Assembly (NCBI GenBank): GCA_016185525.1
Contig: JACPNK010000002.1
Location: 11,616 to 75,615, forward strand
DNA from: Candidatus Yanofskybacteria bacterium
GTDB taxonomy: Bacteria > Patescibacteriota > Minisyncoccia > 2-02-FULL-40-12 > IGHO2-12-FULL-4
Length of the DNA stretch: 64,000 bases
Direction: 5' to 3'
Positions 1-9,187 of this stretch are shown here, one piece after another. Numbering within the stretch: the first letter of the stretch is position 1; every line of letters begins with the position of its first letter. Under the pieces are notes generated by a model. That model was not told the origin of the DNA and did not search any database. It saw only the letters and a program-made list of their open reading frames with translations. A program made the position numbers and the translations under genes.

Positions 1-10
1 CGATGAAAAT

Positions 11-370
11 GTGGGGCGATTACCGCTGGAAACCCAAAAAAGGCTTATCGGAAAGACGGGGTTTGTCAAGACGAAGATGCGGTTGAACATCCAACGTCTT
101 GGAGCTTACAGCATTTTCAGATTGACCGACATTTCCGGCAACCAATTTGTTTTTGAGGTCGATGATTGCCCTGGTTATGCATTTGTGATTTTTATCCCAC
201 AAATGAGGGAAAGTTTTGAAGATGCGACTTATTTTGGGAGCTGTTATGTTGGCGATCCTTACATTGAGCTTGACGAGAACTTGTATTTTACCGGCATTAA
301 AGGAATTAACGTGGTGAGGGGTATCCAAGATATAGAAGTTTTAGAAGAGCACATCCGCTTGCTTTCTTGA
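11..370 (+). CDS. hypothetical protein (119 aa)
   Basis: Intact ORF in the track with no recognisable motifs. The window edge may truncate its context. Confidence 0.35.
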   Translation: MGRLPLETQKRLIGKTGFVKTKMRLNIQRLGAYSIFRLTDISGNQFVFEVDDCPGYAFVIFIPQMRESFEDATYFGSCYVGDPYIELDENLYFTGIKGINVVRGIQDIEVLEEHIRLLS

Positions 371-384
371 AAGATTATTCTACA

Positions 385-1062
385 ATGGGTTTTATGACAA
401 AACCCATTTTTATTTTTCTAATTATCGCGGTCATTTTGTTGGCTGGTATTTTTTTGTTTAAAGGCAGGAAAAATGGCTCTGAAGGTGTGCTAGTAACTCC
501 GCCTCCTGAGGACAGTCCTCAGGAGGCGGAGTTACCGGATAGAATTCTGGCCGTAATTGAAACGGTCCGCGGCAATATAGAACTGGAGCTTTACCCAAAA
601 GTTGCTCCTAAGACGGTTCTCAATTTTATTAGCTTGGCGCAAAAAGATTTTTATGACGGCACAAAATTTCACAGAGTCGTGTCGGGATTTGTAATTCAGG
701 GGGGAGACCCGTTGTCCAAGACGGACGATCCGGCGGTTGGGACGGGCGGACCGGGCTATGCTTTTGAAGATGAAATCAATCCAAAATCTTTGAGTGTGTC
801 CGAGGCGGTGATAAAACAGCTTGAGGCGGCCGGATATAAGTATGATTATAACTTAAAATCTTTGCCCAATTCTGTGGGCGCGATCTCAATGGCCAATGCC
901 GGTCCCAACACTAATGGTAGCCAATTCTTTATCATAACAGAACAGGATCAGCCCTCGCTTAATGGCAAGCACACTGTTTTTGGTAAAGTTGTAAAAGGTA
1001 TGGATGTGGTTAGGGCGATAAAGCAGGGAGATATTATTAAAAAGATTGAAGTTAAGATTTAA
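385..1062 (+). CDS. ppiB: peptidyl-prolyl cis-trans isomerase, cyclophilin type, with N-terminal TM anchor
   Basis: Cyclophilin motifs [26 protein letters not shown] and [16 protein letters not shown]. The ATG at 385 is preferred over the TTG at 367 in the track. Confidence 0.85.
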   Translation: MGFMTKPIFIFLIIAVILLAGIFLFKGRKNGSEGVLVTPPPEDSPQEAELPDRILAVIETVRGNIELELYPKVAPKTVLNFISLAQKDFYDGTKFHRVVSGFVIQGGDPLSKTDDPAVGTGGPGYAFEDEINPKSLSVSEAVIKQLEAAGYKYDYNLKSLPNSVGAISMANAGPNTNGSQFFIITEQDQPSLNGKHTVFGKVVKGMDVVRAIKQGDIIKKIEVKI

Positions 1063-1117
1063 GGTATTTAACAAGATAATTCTTGGAAACAAAAACCCTA
1101 CACCATACGGTGTAGGG

Positions 1118-1741
1118 TTACTTTAAGCTTCCGAATTCGTCGGCGTCGTGATGAGGCAGAAGTTCCGAAAGATTGTATTCTCCTGATAAAATATGAAAGA
1201 TTTCGTGGCGCAGAGTATTCTCTTCTTCCAGAATATCGTATTTGCCGTTCTTTTCAGTTTCAATTCTTATAAATATTTTTCTTAAAAATATTTGAGCAAA
1301 AGCTTCAGACTGAGACCCTTGGCGGATAAGGTTGAAAGTTTTATATATTTCAGGGCGGACGAAAATAATTCTTATTCGCTTTCTTTGTTTTTTGCCCGGT
1401 TTTTCCAGTTTGTGTTTTTGAGCAATAAAGTTTTCAAAGTCATCGCAAGCTTTCTTTAAGACGGAGGACAGGGAATCTTTGTTTATTATCTTAATAGGCT
1501 TGCCGTCAAAACTATCGCTGTAAAAACAAATACTGTTTCCGTTTACCGTTTTTTCCAAAATAAACTTTTTAGTCAGGTTCAAGTATAAAAAACTTGTTTC
1601 GTAGTTGAGCCGTAAGATTATTTGGGGTTCATTGACCAAAAGGTATGCATATAGACAAATAATAGATGAAAGGGTTAGTAAAATAGTAATTAAAATCAAA
1701 ACGGCCGTTCTGCGCCAACCAGGTTCGGGTAGCAACTTCAT
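1118..1741 (-). CDS. hypothetical membrane-anchored protein with HExxH-like motif (HEIFH)
   Basis: N-terminal hydrophobic helix and LRHEIFHILSGEY near the C-terminus. No family recognised. Confidence 0.35.
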   Translation of the reverse strand: MKLLPEPGWRRTAVLILITILLTLSSIICLYAYLLVNEPQIILRLNYETSFLYLNLTKKFILEKTVNGNSICFYSDSFDGKPIKIINKDSLSSVLKKACDDFENFIAQKHKLEKPGKKQRKRIRIIFVRPEIYKTFNLIRQGSQSEAFAQIFLRKIFIRIETEKNGKYDILEEENTLRHEIFHILSGEYNLSELLPHHDADEFGSLK

Positions 1742-1899
1742 TCGTTCTCTCTCTTTTTTTAAAGACCAATAAAGCTTTATTGCTTATATAATATATCAAA
1801 AAGAGTATCAATACTATTTTTTGCAGGGCACAACTTGACAGAAGTCTGCTTAAGTTTAAGGTGTCAGTAGTTTCTTTAAATTAAATTTGAAGGAAGAAC

Positions 1900-2757
1900 A
1901 TGACTCTTAGAAATGTTCTGGGCACTTTGATTTTTTTAACGCTCGTTTTGGCTTGGGGGGTTACTAAAAATTGTGGACAAAAAAACAGTCCGCAACCTGA
2001 ATCTCAAGTGCGAGCTCGGGGTGATGCCAAAAAAGTAAAAGTCGTTGCAGAACCTGTGAAAGCGGAAAAACCACTAGAAGCGGCGATGGGGGCAGAAGAG
2101 GGGTCTGTCTTACAGCGCCTTGGCTACGAAAAAAAACTCAAGGAAGTTTTGGATAAAGTCCAGTTTGTTGTTTCGGTGAAGGTTGGAAAATCTTTTGTTT
2201 GCACGGGATTTTTTATTGATGAGCGGGGATATATTTTAACCGCTAGGCATTGCATGAGTGACTTAAACTCGGGTCTCAGGCTGTCTTTTGTCTTTACGGA
2301 TGGTAAGGAGCATCCTATGCGTTTTGTAGAGGAGATTCAAACCCTAGACATGATTTTATTTGCTTCGGACAAAGCTGTGGAATTTCAAGTGGCGGAGCTT
2401 GCTAATCCGCCGGAAGCTACCGGGCTTGATAAGTCTAGAAAAGAAAAAGAAGATAATTTAGAGAAAAAAATGGTGGTCATACCTTGTCGTGTCAAAAATG
2501 ACGGCTCTGCCAGAGCAATAAGAACATACTTAGGCGAACTTTTGTCTAAAGAATCAGACAAAAGAGTTTCTTTGTTGCAACTCCAGCAGGATATGGCTGG
2601 ATGCAGTGGAGCCCCTATCATTGATGTGGAGGGGAAGGTAATTGCGATCTTACATTCACGTTCCGGAGAGTATGTTTACGGTATTCCGGTTGCCGGCCTA
2701 AGAGAAGCGGTCGCGGCGGTTATTAGCGAAGATCTGTCAAGGACTGGTAAAAAGTAG
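1900..2757 (+). CDS. trypsin-like (S1/PA clan) serine protease, secreted
   Basis: Signal peptide. LTARHC places the catalytic His in context, and GCSGAPII is a Ser-active-site-like GxSGxP motif. Confidence 0.55.
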   Translation: MTLRNVLGTLIFLTLVLAWGVTKNCGQKNSPQPESQVRARGDAKKVKVVAEPVKAEKPLEAAMGAEEGSVLQRLGYEKKLKEVLDKVQFVVSVKVGKSFVCTGFFIDERGYILTARHCMSDLNSGLRLSFVFTDGKEHPMRFVEEIQTLDMILFASDKAVEFQVAELANPPEATGLDKSRKEKEDNLEKKMVVIPCRVKNDGSARAIRTYLGELLSKESDKRVSLLQLQQDMAGCSGAPIIDVEGKVIAILHSRSGEYVYGIPVAGLREAVAAVISEDLSRTGKK

Positions 2758-2816
2758 CGAATTTTGCTACTTTTTTGTTTGCGTCAAGGAGTTGTTTGAT
2801 GTTACTATAAATAGTA

Positions 2817-4286
2817 ATGCAAAAAGAAAAAACAAAAATTACGCCACAGCATTTCTATAAATTTTTCCAGTGTCCGCATTGGATTTGGTACGATCTCTAT
2901 GAAGACCAGCAGAAGAAGAAAGCTACACCGCCTTTGATGCAGATGATTTACGAAGACGGTCTAAAACACGAGCGGGAAGTTATCAAGTCAAAAAAATTTG
3001 AGGAAGTTGATACGGCTATGTTTAAGGATTTGGATGAAGCTTTTTTGGCTACGGCGGAACTGATGAAAAAAGGAAAAAATATTTATCACGGCGTTTTGAT
3101 GGACGAACACTGGGTGGGAATTCCCGATCTTTTGGAGGTTCGGCCGTTAAGCGAATTGGGCGATAAAAAATTAAAGTCTCATTTTGGCGATTATTATTAT
3201 GTGGTTTATGACATTAAAAACAGCAAAGACATCAAAGATGAACATAAATTCCAACTGGTTTTTTACAGTCTGATGTTGGAAAGGATTCAGGGAATTAGGC
3301 CGCGCGAAGCTTATATAATTAACAGCCAAGGCGAAGAAAAGTCTTTTGTTATTGACGAGTTTTTAGACTACTTCCACCTTACTCTGGGAAACATTGAGAA
3401 GATTTTAGAGGGCGAAAAACCGCCGCCATTTTTGAAGAGCGGTTGCAAGCGGACACCTTGGTATAGTCTTTGTTTGTCGGAGACAGAAAGTTGCCGCGAC
3501 GTTTCTCTGATTTATCGTTTAAGCCAGATGGACCAGCGCCAGCTCTATGATATCGGGATTAAAACCATAGATGATTTTGCCCATGCTGATTTGGAGGTTT
3601 TGCGTAGCCAGCTGATTAGCTGGAATTTTGATAAGTTGGTGCGTTTCCATAACCAAGCCCAGTCGTTGGTTAAAAATGAGTCCCTGATCTTAAAAAAGCC
3701 GGTTTTTCCGGAAGTGGAGACGGAAATATATTTTGATATTGAAAGCGACCCCACGCAGGACATTGACTATATGCTTGGCCTTTTAATTAAGCGGAAAAAT
3801 ATTAATGGCGAGCCGGAGTTCAAGTATTTCTTGGCAAATAATAAGTCTGAAGAAGAAAAAATTTGGCGGGAGTTTACCAAGTTTATTGAAGATTTGGATA
3901 ATTTTGTGATTTATCACTATGCCTTTTATGAAAAACAAACCTTTGACCGTCTAGCTTTGAGATATGGCGTTAGCGACAAAGCTTCAGAAAAATTTAAAAA
4001 TAATTCTATTGACTTGCATCGGGTGGTGGTTGACTCCGTCGTCCTGCCTTTGTATTTTTACAGCCTGAAAGATGTGGCCAGATATGTCGGTTTTCAGTGG
4101 CAAGCTGAAGATGCCGGCGGAGCGGAGTCGGTGGTTTGGTACAACCAGTGGAAAGAGACCGGCGATAAAAAGATTCTCCAGAAAATTTTGGATTACAACA
4201 AAGACGATGTTGTGGCGACCATGGTTGTCAAAGAGTGGTTGGAAAAGCAGAAACCTAAAATGCAAAGAGAAATATTGCCGGAATAG
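2817..4286 (+). CDS. RecB-family nuclease, TM0106-type (PD-(D/E)xK N-domain plus RNase-H-like C-domain)
   Basis: GIPDLLEV...YVVYDIKNSK fits a PD-(D/E)xK arrangement. A Cys cluster (CKRTPWYSLC...C) and a C-terminal IYFDIESDP...DYMLGL block resemble an RNase-H-like exonuclease fold. The 489-aa length matches the TM0106 family. Confidence 0.6.
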   Translation: MQKEKTKITPQHFYKFFQCPHWIWYDLYEDQQKKKATPPLMQMIYEDGLKHEREVIKSKKFEEVDTAMFKDLDEAFLATAELMKKGKNIYHGVLMDEHWVGIPDLLEVRPLSELGDKKLKSHFGDYYYVVYDIKNSKDIKDEHKFQLVFYSLMLERIQGIRPREAYIINSQGEEKSFVIDEFLDYFHLTLGNIEKILEGEKPPPFLKSGCKRTPWYSLCLSETESCRDVSLIYRLSQMDQRQLYDIGIKTIDDFAHADLEVLRSQLISWNFDKLVRFHNQAQSLVKNESLILKKPVFPEVETEIYFDIESDPTQDIDYMLGLLIKRKNINGEPEFKYFLANNKSEEEKIWREFTKFIEDLDNFVIYHYAFYEKQTFDRLALRYGVSDKASEKFKNNSIDLHRVVVDSVVLPLYFYSLKDVARYVGFQWQAEDAGGAESVVWYNQWKETGDKKILQKILDYNKDDVVATMVVKEWLEKQKPKMQREILPE

Positions 4287-4352
4287 AGCTAAACGTACCA
4301 AAGAAGCGGTGTTCGCCAAGTTTAGCTGTCCACCTAAATTTTAAAAACAAAT

Positions 4353-4376
4353 TTAAAAAACCCCGAAAGGGGTTCA
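4353..4376. terminator. bidirectional intrinsic terminator
   Basis: Hairpin ccccgaaagggg flanked by A-runs and T-runs between convergent genes. Confidence 0.6.
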
Positions 4377-4382
4377 GTATAA

Positions 4383-4673
4383 CTAGTCTCTGGTAGTGTG
4401 GCGTGGTTTTCTTGCTACGACAGCAGCTAGTTCCACATTAGCAGTCTTCAACTTTTTTTCAGTTTCATTAAGTTTTTCAAGAAGTTTTTGTATAAGTTGG
4501 GCTGCTTTTGACAAGACTCCGATTGTTTCTTGTGCATATTTCTGGAGTTCAGGCTTTGTGTTGTTTGTTATAGCCGACAGACTTTTTTGAGTAAGTGCCA
4601 TAACTTCTTGGAGTGCAACCATTAATTCTTTTTCAAATTCTAATTCTGCGTCTTTTGATGTTTGTAAAGACAT
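4383..4673 (-). CDS. small alpha-helical protein (96 aa), cassette 3 of 3
   Basis: Strong SD (aaggagg) and a predicted all-helical sequence. Palindrome site 1 lies about 95 nt upstream. Confidence 0.5.
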   Translation of the reverse strand: MSLQTSKDAELEFEKELMVALQEVMALTQKSLSAITNNTKPELQKYAQETIGVLSKAAQLIQKLLEKLNETEKKLKTANVELAAVVARKPRHTTRD

Positions 4674-4765
4674 TTTCTCCTCCTTTTTTTAAAGAGCTCC
4701 AAGATAAGGGAGCTACAAGCTAATATACATAATAGGCTGGTTGTGTCAACAGGTGGGTAACCGTC

Positions 4766-4792
4766 AGTCATCAAGGTTGAACCTTGATGACT
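4766..4792. promoter_or_regulatory. 27-bp perfect palindrome agtcatcaaggttgaaccttgatgact (putative operator)
   Basis: Perfect dyad read directly from the sequence. It is related to the dyads at 5237 and 5638. Confidence 0.5.
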
Positions 4793-4803
4793 AGGTCAAT
4801 TTA

Positions 4804-4825
4804 AAAAGCCCTTTTGGGGCTTTTG
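4804..4825 (-). terminator. intrinsic terminator of the 4827..5105 gene
   Basis: aaaagccc-tttt-gggctttt hairpin with a T-run on the - strand. It is near-identical to the terminator at 5276. Confidence 0.6.
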
Positions 4826-4826
4826 T

Positions 4827-5105
4827 TTAGACAAAGGACTGATCGTGTTCGGCCAAGTTTCGTTCAGCCAGAGCCAGCCTTTCTTTGAGTTCGACAGCTT
4901 CTTTTTCCAATTTTTCTTCCCGGTTCAGACTCGCGGACAGAAGCTGGTTATAAACGTCGCAAATTTCCACAAAAGACGAGACAAGTCTTAGAGTGTTAGG
5001 AGAGACAGATGTTTTTCTTTCCATTATTTCAAGAGCACCCTTTAAAAATGCGAGGTTTTTTCGGGCTTTTGCTAATTCCTCCAACGTCTTTTCTCTTTCC
5101 GTCAT
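4827..5105 (-). CDS. small coiled-coil protein, paralog A (about 93 aa)
   Basis: The C-terminus LNREEKLEKEAVELKERLALAERNL is about 70% identical to the 5301..5582 product. The start at 5105 was chosen by homology and because the same aggaaag SD precedes both paralogs. The track ORF extends to 5174. Confidence 0.55.
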   Translation of the reverse strand: MTEREKTLEELAKARKNLAFLKGALEIMERKTSVSPNTLRLVSSFVEICDVYNQLLSASLNREEKLEKEAVELKERLALAERNLAEHDQSFV

Positions 5106-5236
5106 TTTCTTTCCTAAAAAGATTGAGATTTCAAGAACTTGTCGTAGTTTACTATTTTTTATTTTTTGTGTCAAATTCTGAACCTGGACAATTCATTTGA
5201 CTTTATTCCATTTAATACAACCATCAAGGTCCAAAC

Positions 5237-5261
5237 ACCATCAAGGTTAAACCTTGATGGT
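5237..5261. promoter_or_regulatory. 25-bp perfect palindrome accatcaaggttaaaccttgatggt plus an extra half-site at 5221-5232
   Basis: Read directly from the sequence. It lies 60-130 nt upstream of the 4827..5105 gene. Confidence 0.5.
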
Positions 5262-5275
5262 CGTTGACAGATTTT

Positions 5276-5298
5276 AAAAGCCCTTTTAGGGCTTTTGT
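5276..5298 (-). terminator. intrinsic terminator of the 5301..5582 gene
   Basis: aaaagccc-tttta-gggctttt hairpin followed by a T-run. Confidence 0.6.
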
Positions 5299-5300
5299 TT

Positions 5301-5582
5301 TTAACTCCAACTTGGAGAACGACTCAAGTCTTGCTCAGCTTGGGCCAGCTTTTCTTTGAGTTCGGCTACTTCTTTCTCTAACTTTTCTTCCCGGTCGAGG
5401 CTTTCTGACCAGTATGTTGAAAGTAAATCATTTAAGTTTAAGAAAGCGTCGGTAATCGCAAGTATCTCTGGATGATTTCCTAACAAAGCTGGAATAGATA
5501 TTCTGGCATTGAGACTATGAATCTTAGATTTGCTTAATTCTTGTTTTGACTTTTCTCTCGGTGTAAGTTCTTTTTCTTTCAC
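5301..5582 (-). CDS. small coiled-coil protein, paralog B (93 aa, GTG start)
   Basis: LDREEKLEKEVAELKEKLAQAEQDL. An SD gaggaaag lies 5 nt before the GTG. Confidence 0.55.
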   Translation of the reverse strand: MKEKELTPREKSKQELSKSKIHSLNARISIPALLGNHPEILAITDAFLNLNDLLSTYWSESLDREEKLEKEVAELKEKLAQAEQDLSRSPSWS

Positions 5583-5637
5583 TATTCTTTCCTCTTTTCA
5601 ACCAACTAGAGTCATCTTATATTAATAAGTTTGTTTT

Positions 5638-5662
5638 GTCAAGGGGATAGAACACCCTTGAT
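5638..5662. promoter_or_regulatory. dyad gtcaaggggatagaacacccttgat in the divergent promoter region between the small-protein array and secD
   Basis: Shares the TCAAGG...CCTTGA arms with the palindromes at 4766 and 5237. Confidence 0.35.
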
Positions 5663-5691
5663 TTTTTAAAGATTGCTGTTACTGTTTCTTT

Positions 5692-7056
5692 ATGTCTCAA
5701 AGTTACGGGAAGAAATCTCTTATTATATTTCTTATTTCTCTTTTTCTCTTTTTTCTGGTCTATCCGGCCAGTTTTAATTTAAGCGCCGATTTTTTAAACT
5801 CAAAACTCAAGCTTGAAAAAGCCGGTTTCAGTATTCCCCACTTTTTCAATATCCCTTTTCGTCTCGGCTTGGATCTTCTGGGCGGTACCCATTTGGTTTA
5901 CAAGGCCGATGTTTCAAACTTGGTTGCCGGCCAAAGCTCCGCTGATGCAATGGAGGGAGTCAGAGATGTTATTGAAAGAAGGGTCAATATTTTTGGCGTG
6001 GCTGAACCGTTGGTTCAGGTTGAAGGAGAGGACAGACTGGTTGTAGAGTTGGCCGGAATCAAGGACATTTCAGAGGCAATTCGTTTGATAGGCGAGACTC
6101 CATTTTTGCAGTTTAAAGAAGAGCGTCCGGAGGCGGAGACGAACGCCATTTTAGAAGCTCAAAAAAAAGGCGATAAGCTGGATCAGGATCCTTACTTTAT
6201 TGATACTTCTTTAACCGGTAAATATCTTAACGGCGCCAGAGTTGTTTTTGGCGGAGGCGCAAGCCAGCTTTCGGGAGCGGAAGTTTCTTTGGAGCTGAAT
6301 GAAGAAGGCGGAAAGATTTTTAAAGAATTGACTGAAAAGAATTTAAATAAAAGATTGGCAATCTATTTGGACGGTGTGCCAATTAGCGCTCCGACCGTGC
6401 AATCTGTGATTCCTGACGGCAAAGCCGTTATCAGCGGCAATTTTAACATCAGTGAAGCCAAAGAACTAGTGACTCGTTTAAATGCCGGCGCTTTGCCGGT
6501 GCCGGTGTCTCTAATCTCACAGCAAAGCGTGGGCGCTTCTCTGGGCCGGGAATCTTTGGTCAAGAGCTTGAAAGCCGGAATTATAGGATTAATCTTGGTA
6601 GCTGTATTCATGGTTTTGTTTTACCGTTTGCCGGGTTTGGTTTCAGTCGCCGCCTTGCTGGTTTATGCGATTTTTGTTCTGACTTTCTACAAGTTGATAC
6701 CGGTTACTTTAACTTTGGCCGGTATTGCCGGTTTTATATTGTCTTTGGGTATGGCCGTTGACGCTAACGTTTTGATCTTTGCCCGAACGAGAGAGGAGTT
6801 AAGACAAGGAAAGTCTCTGAACTCTTCTTTCAGCGAGGGCTTTAGAAGGGCATGGCTTTCAATCAGGGATAGCCACGTAACTACGCTGATTGGCGCGATT
6901 ATTTTATATTTATTTACTACGTCTATAGTCAAGGGTTTTGCTTTGACTTTGGGTATTGGCGTGGCAATGAGTCTTTTTTCCGCAATCTTTGTGACGAAAT
7001 CTTTTTTGGCTCTTTTAATCGGTCCGTGGCTGGAAGGTAAAAAGTGGTTACTGTAA
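5692..7056 (+). CDS. secD: protein translocase subunit SecD
   Basis: Domain order and a C-terminal 6-TM block typical of SecD. It sits immediately upstream of secF. Confidence 0.85.
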   Translation: MSQSYGKKSLIIFLISLFLFFLVYPASFNLSADFLNSKLKLEKAGFSIPHFFNIPFRLGLDLLGGTHLVYKADVSNLVAGQSSADAMEGVRDVIERRVNIFGVAEPLVQVEGEDRLVVELAGIKDISEAIRLIGETPFLQFKEERPEAETNAILEAQKKGDKLDQDPYFIDTSLTGKYLNGARVVFGGGASQLSGAEVSLELNEEGGKIFKELTEKNLNKRLAIYLDGVPISAPTVQSVIPDGKAVISGNFNISEAKELVTRLNAGALPVPVSLISQQSVGASLGRESLVKSLKAGIIGLILVAVFMVLFYRLPGLVSVAALLVYAIFVLTFYKLIPVTLTLAGIAGFILSLGMAVDANVLIFARTREELRQGKSLNSSFSEGFRRAWLSIRDSHVTTLIGAIILYLFTTSIVKGFALTLGIGVAMSLFSAIFVTKSFLALLIGPWLEGKKWLL

Positions 7057-7062
7057 TTTTTT

Positions 7063-7947
7063 ATGAAACCTATTTATAAAATAATGTTTTTTGTTTCTAT
7101 ATCGCTGGTCGTTTTGGCTGTGGCGGCGACGGTGATTTTCGGTTTAAACTTTAGCGCCGATTTTAAAGGCGGGACTTTAATGGAAGTCCAATTTATCGGA
7201 CCCGAGGCGCCTGGCATTTCGGAGCTCCAGGACTTTGTGAAAAAAAGCCCCGAAACCAGTGACGCGGTGATAAGTCCTTCCGGCGCAGACTCTTTCATTT
7301 TTAGGCTGAAAGAAATTGACGAGGAAGTTCACCAAAAAATTGTAGAAAATCTCAAATTAAAATTCACAAACTTGGAGGAAAAAAGATTTGACTCTGTCGG
7401 CGCGGTGGTGGGCAAGGAACTTAAAAGCAGAAGCATTACGGCGATTGTTTTGGTTTTGATTTTTATCGTTCTTTATATTGCTTTTGTTTTCAGAAAACTT
7501 TACAGCACCCTTTCTTCTTTTACTATGGGCGTGGCTGCAATTGTTGCTCTTCTGCACGATGTATTAATTCCTATGGGGGTGTTCGCTTTGCTGGGTAAGT
7601 ACTATGGTGTTGAGATCACGGCCGTGTTTGTTGCTGCCGTTTTAACCATATTAGGCTATTCGGTTTCCGATACGGTGGTAGTTTTTGACAGAATCAGGGA
7701 GAATGTCATGCGTTTTGGAGGCAAGAGTAATTTTGGCCAGCTTGTTCACGATAGTATTTTGCAGACCCTGACTCGCTCTTTAAATACCACCGTTACGACG
7801 CTTTTGTCGCTTGTGGCCATTTATTTTTTTGGCGGCGAATCAATTAAATATTTTTCCCTGGCTTTGATAATAGGCATATTTTTAGGAGCATATTCTTCAA
7901 TTTTTGTTGCTTCGCCGATAGTGGTTTGGTGGTCAAAAAAAAGCTGA
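7063..7947 (+). CDS. secF: protein translocase subunit SecF
   Basis: 6-TM SecF-like sequence adjacent to secD. Confidence 0.85.
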   Translation: MKPIYKIMFFVSISLVVLAVAATVIFGLNFSADFKGGTLMEVQFIGPEAPGISELQDFVKKSPETSDAVISPSGADSFIFRLKEIDEEVHQKIVENLKLKFTNLEEKRFDSVGAVVGKELKSRSITAIVLVLIFIVLYIAFVFRKLYSTLSSFTMGVAAIVALLHDVLIPMGVFALLGKYYGVEITAVFVAAVLTILGYSVSDTVVVFDRIRENVMRFGGKSNFGQLVHDSILQTLTRSLNTTVTTLLSLVAIYFFGGESIKYFSLALIIGIFLGAYSSIFVASPIVVWWSKKS

Positions 7948-8039
7948 TTTGACAAGTTTTTGTTTGTTTGATAAGTTCTCCCTATTATTTGGGGTTGACT
8001 TATTTTTAATATATTATATTATTGTTTTAATACAAAAAT

Positions 8040-9092
8040 ATGACAAGTTTAGATAAAAACATTAAGAAGGTTGTGGTTAGTCTGGTCAAATCATTGTCTG
8101 AAAGAAATCGGGACATTGTTTTGCGCCGTTTCGGTCTAAAAACTGGCAGTCGCGAGACTCTGGAGTCAATCGGCCAAAGTTATGGCATCACGAGAGAAAG
8201 AGTGAGACAGATTGAGGAATATGCTTTAAAGAATCTGCGCACCGAATCCAGTGGTTCAATGGTTTCAGCAGTTAAGCCATATTTTGACTTTGTTAAAGAA
8301 TTGCTTGTCAATCACGGCGGATTCCTTTCGGAAAGCGATTTGTATAAAAAATTTAGCGGTCAAAACAAGGACAACGTGGCGAACTTGTCTTTTGCTTTTT
8401 TGCTTGCTTTAAATTCTGACTTTGCCAGGAACTACGAAAACGACAACTTCAATACCTTCTGGTCTCTAAATGACAGCTCATTAGACTCGGCGGCTAAACT
8501 CGTCGGATCGGTGGAGGCCGCTCTTAAGGAAAAAAATTCTTTGCTGACTAAAGACGAATTATATTCTTTATATAAAACTAAGACTAAAAGCAAACTAATT
8601 TCTATGGACGCGTTTCTAACGGCTGCGGCAGTATCTAAAAACATAGATAAAAATATTTTTGGTCAGTACGGTTTGGTCAGCTGGTCGGAAGTAAAGCCAA
8701 GGGGAGTTAGAGACCGTGCTTTTATGGTTTTGAAAAGAGAGGCGAAGCCTAAACATTTTAGGGAAATTACCAGTCTTATCAACACTGCCCAATTCGCTGT
8801 TAAAAAAGCCAACGTTCAGACTGTTCACAACGAACTCATCAAAGACAGTCGTTTTGTTTTGGTTGGCAGGGGCATTTATGGTTTGTCTGAATGGGGTTAT
8901 AAGTCTGGGACCGTTAAAGATGTTTTGGTTGATATCTTGAAAGAGTCAAAGAAGCCTTTGGATAAAAATACTTTAGTTGCCAAAGTTCTCTCTTCCCGTT
9001 ATGTCAAAGAAAATACCGTGGTGCTTAATCTCCAGGACTCAAAGATTTTTGCCAAAAAGCAAGATGGTACATACTCGCTTAAAGAAGCTTAA
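8040..9092 (+). CDS. sigma-70 region-4-like HTH protein with a C-terminal domain of unknown function
   Basis: The N-terminus LSERNRDIVLRRFGL...ETLESIGQSYGITRERVRQIEEYALKNLR matches the sigma70 region 4 consensus. The rest is unrecognised. Confidence 0.5.
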   Translation: MTSLDKNIKKVVVSLVKSLSERNRDIVLRRFGLKTGSRETLESIGQSYGITRERVRQIEEYALKNLRTESSGSMVSAVKPYFDFVKELLVNHGGFLSESDLYKKFSGQNKDNVANLSFAFLLALNSDFARNYENDNFNTFWSLNDSSLDSAAKLVGSVEAALKEKNSLLTKDELYSLYKTKTKSKLISMDAFLTAAAVSKNIDKNIFGQYGLVSWSEVKPRGVRDRAFMVLKREAKPKHFREITSLINTAQFAVKKANVQTVHNELIKDSRFVLVGRGIYGLSEWGYKSGTVKDVLVDILKESKKPLDKNTLVAKVLSSRYVKENTVVLNLQDSKIFAKKQDGTYSLKEA

Positions 9093-9103
9093 TAAATAAA
9101 CAA

Positions 9104-9136
9104 AAACCCGTTCTTTAAAAGAACGGGTTTTTGTTT
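9104..9136 (+). terminator. intrinsic terminator
   Basis: aaacccgttcttt-aaaa-gaacgggttt hairpin plus a T-run after the 8040..9092 gene. Confidence 0.65.
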
Positions 9137-9187
9137 ATAATAAATCTGTTATAATTGACTTAACTTAACATATCAATAATCTGAACC

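Noticed and set aside
4072-4344. 90-aa + strand ORF overlapping the 3' end of the RecB-like nuclease gene
   Set aside because: It is out of frame with a well-supported gene, runs into the bidirectional terminator, and has no RBS. Likely spurious.
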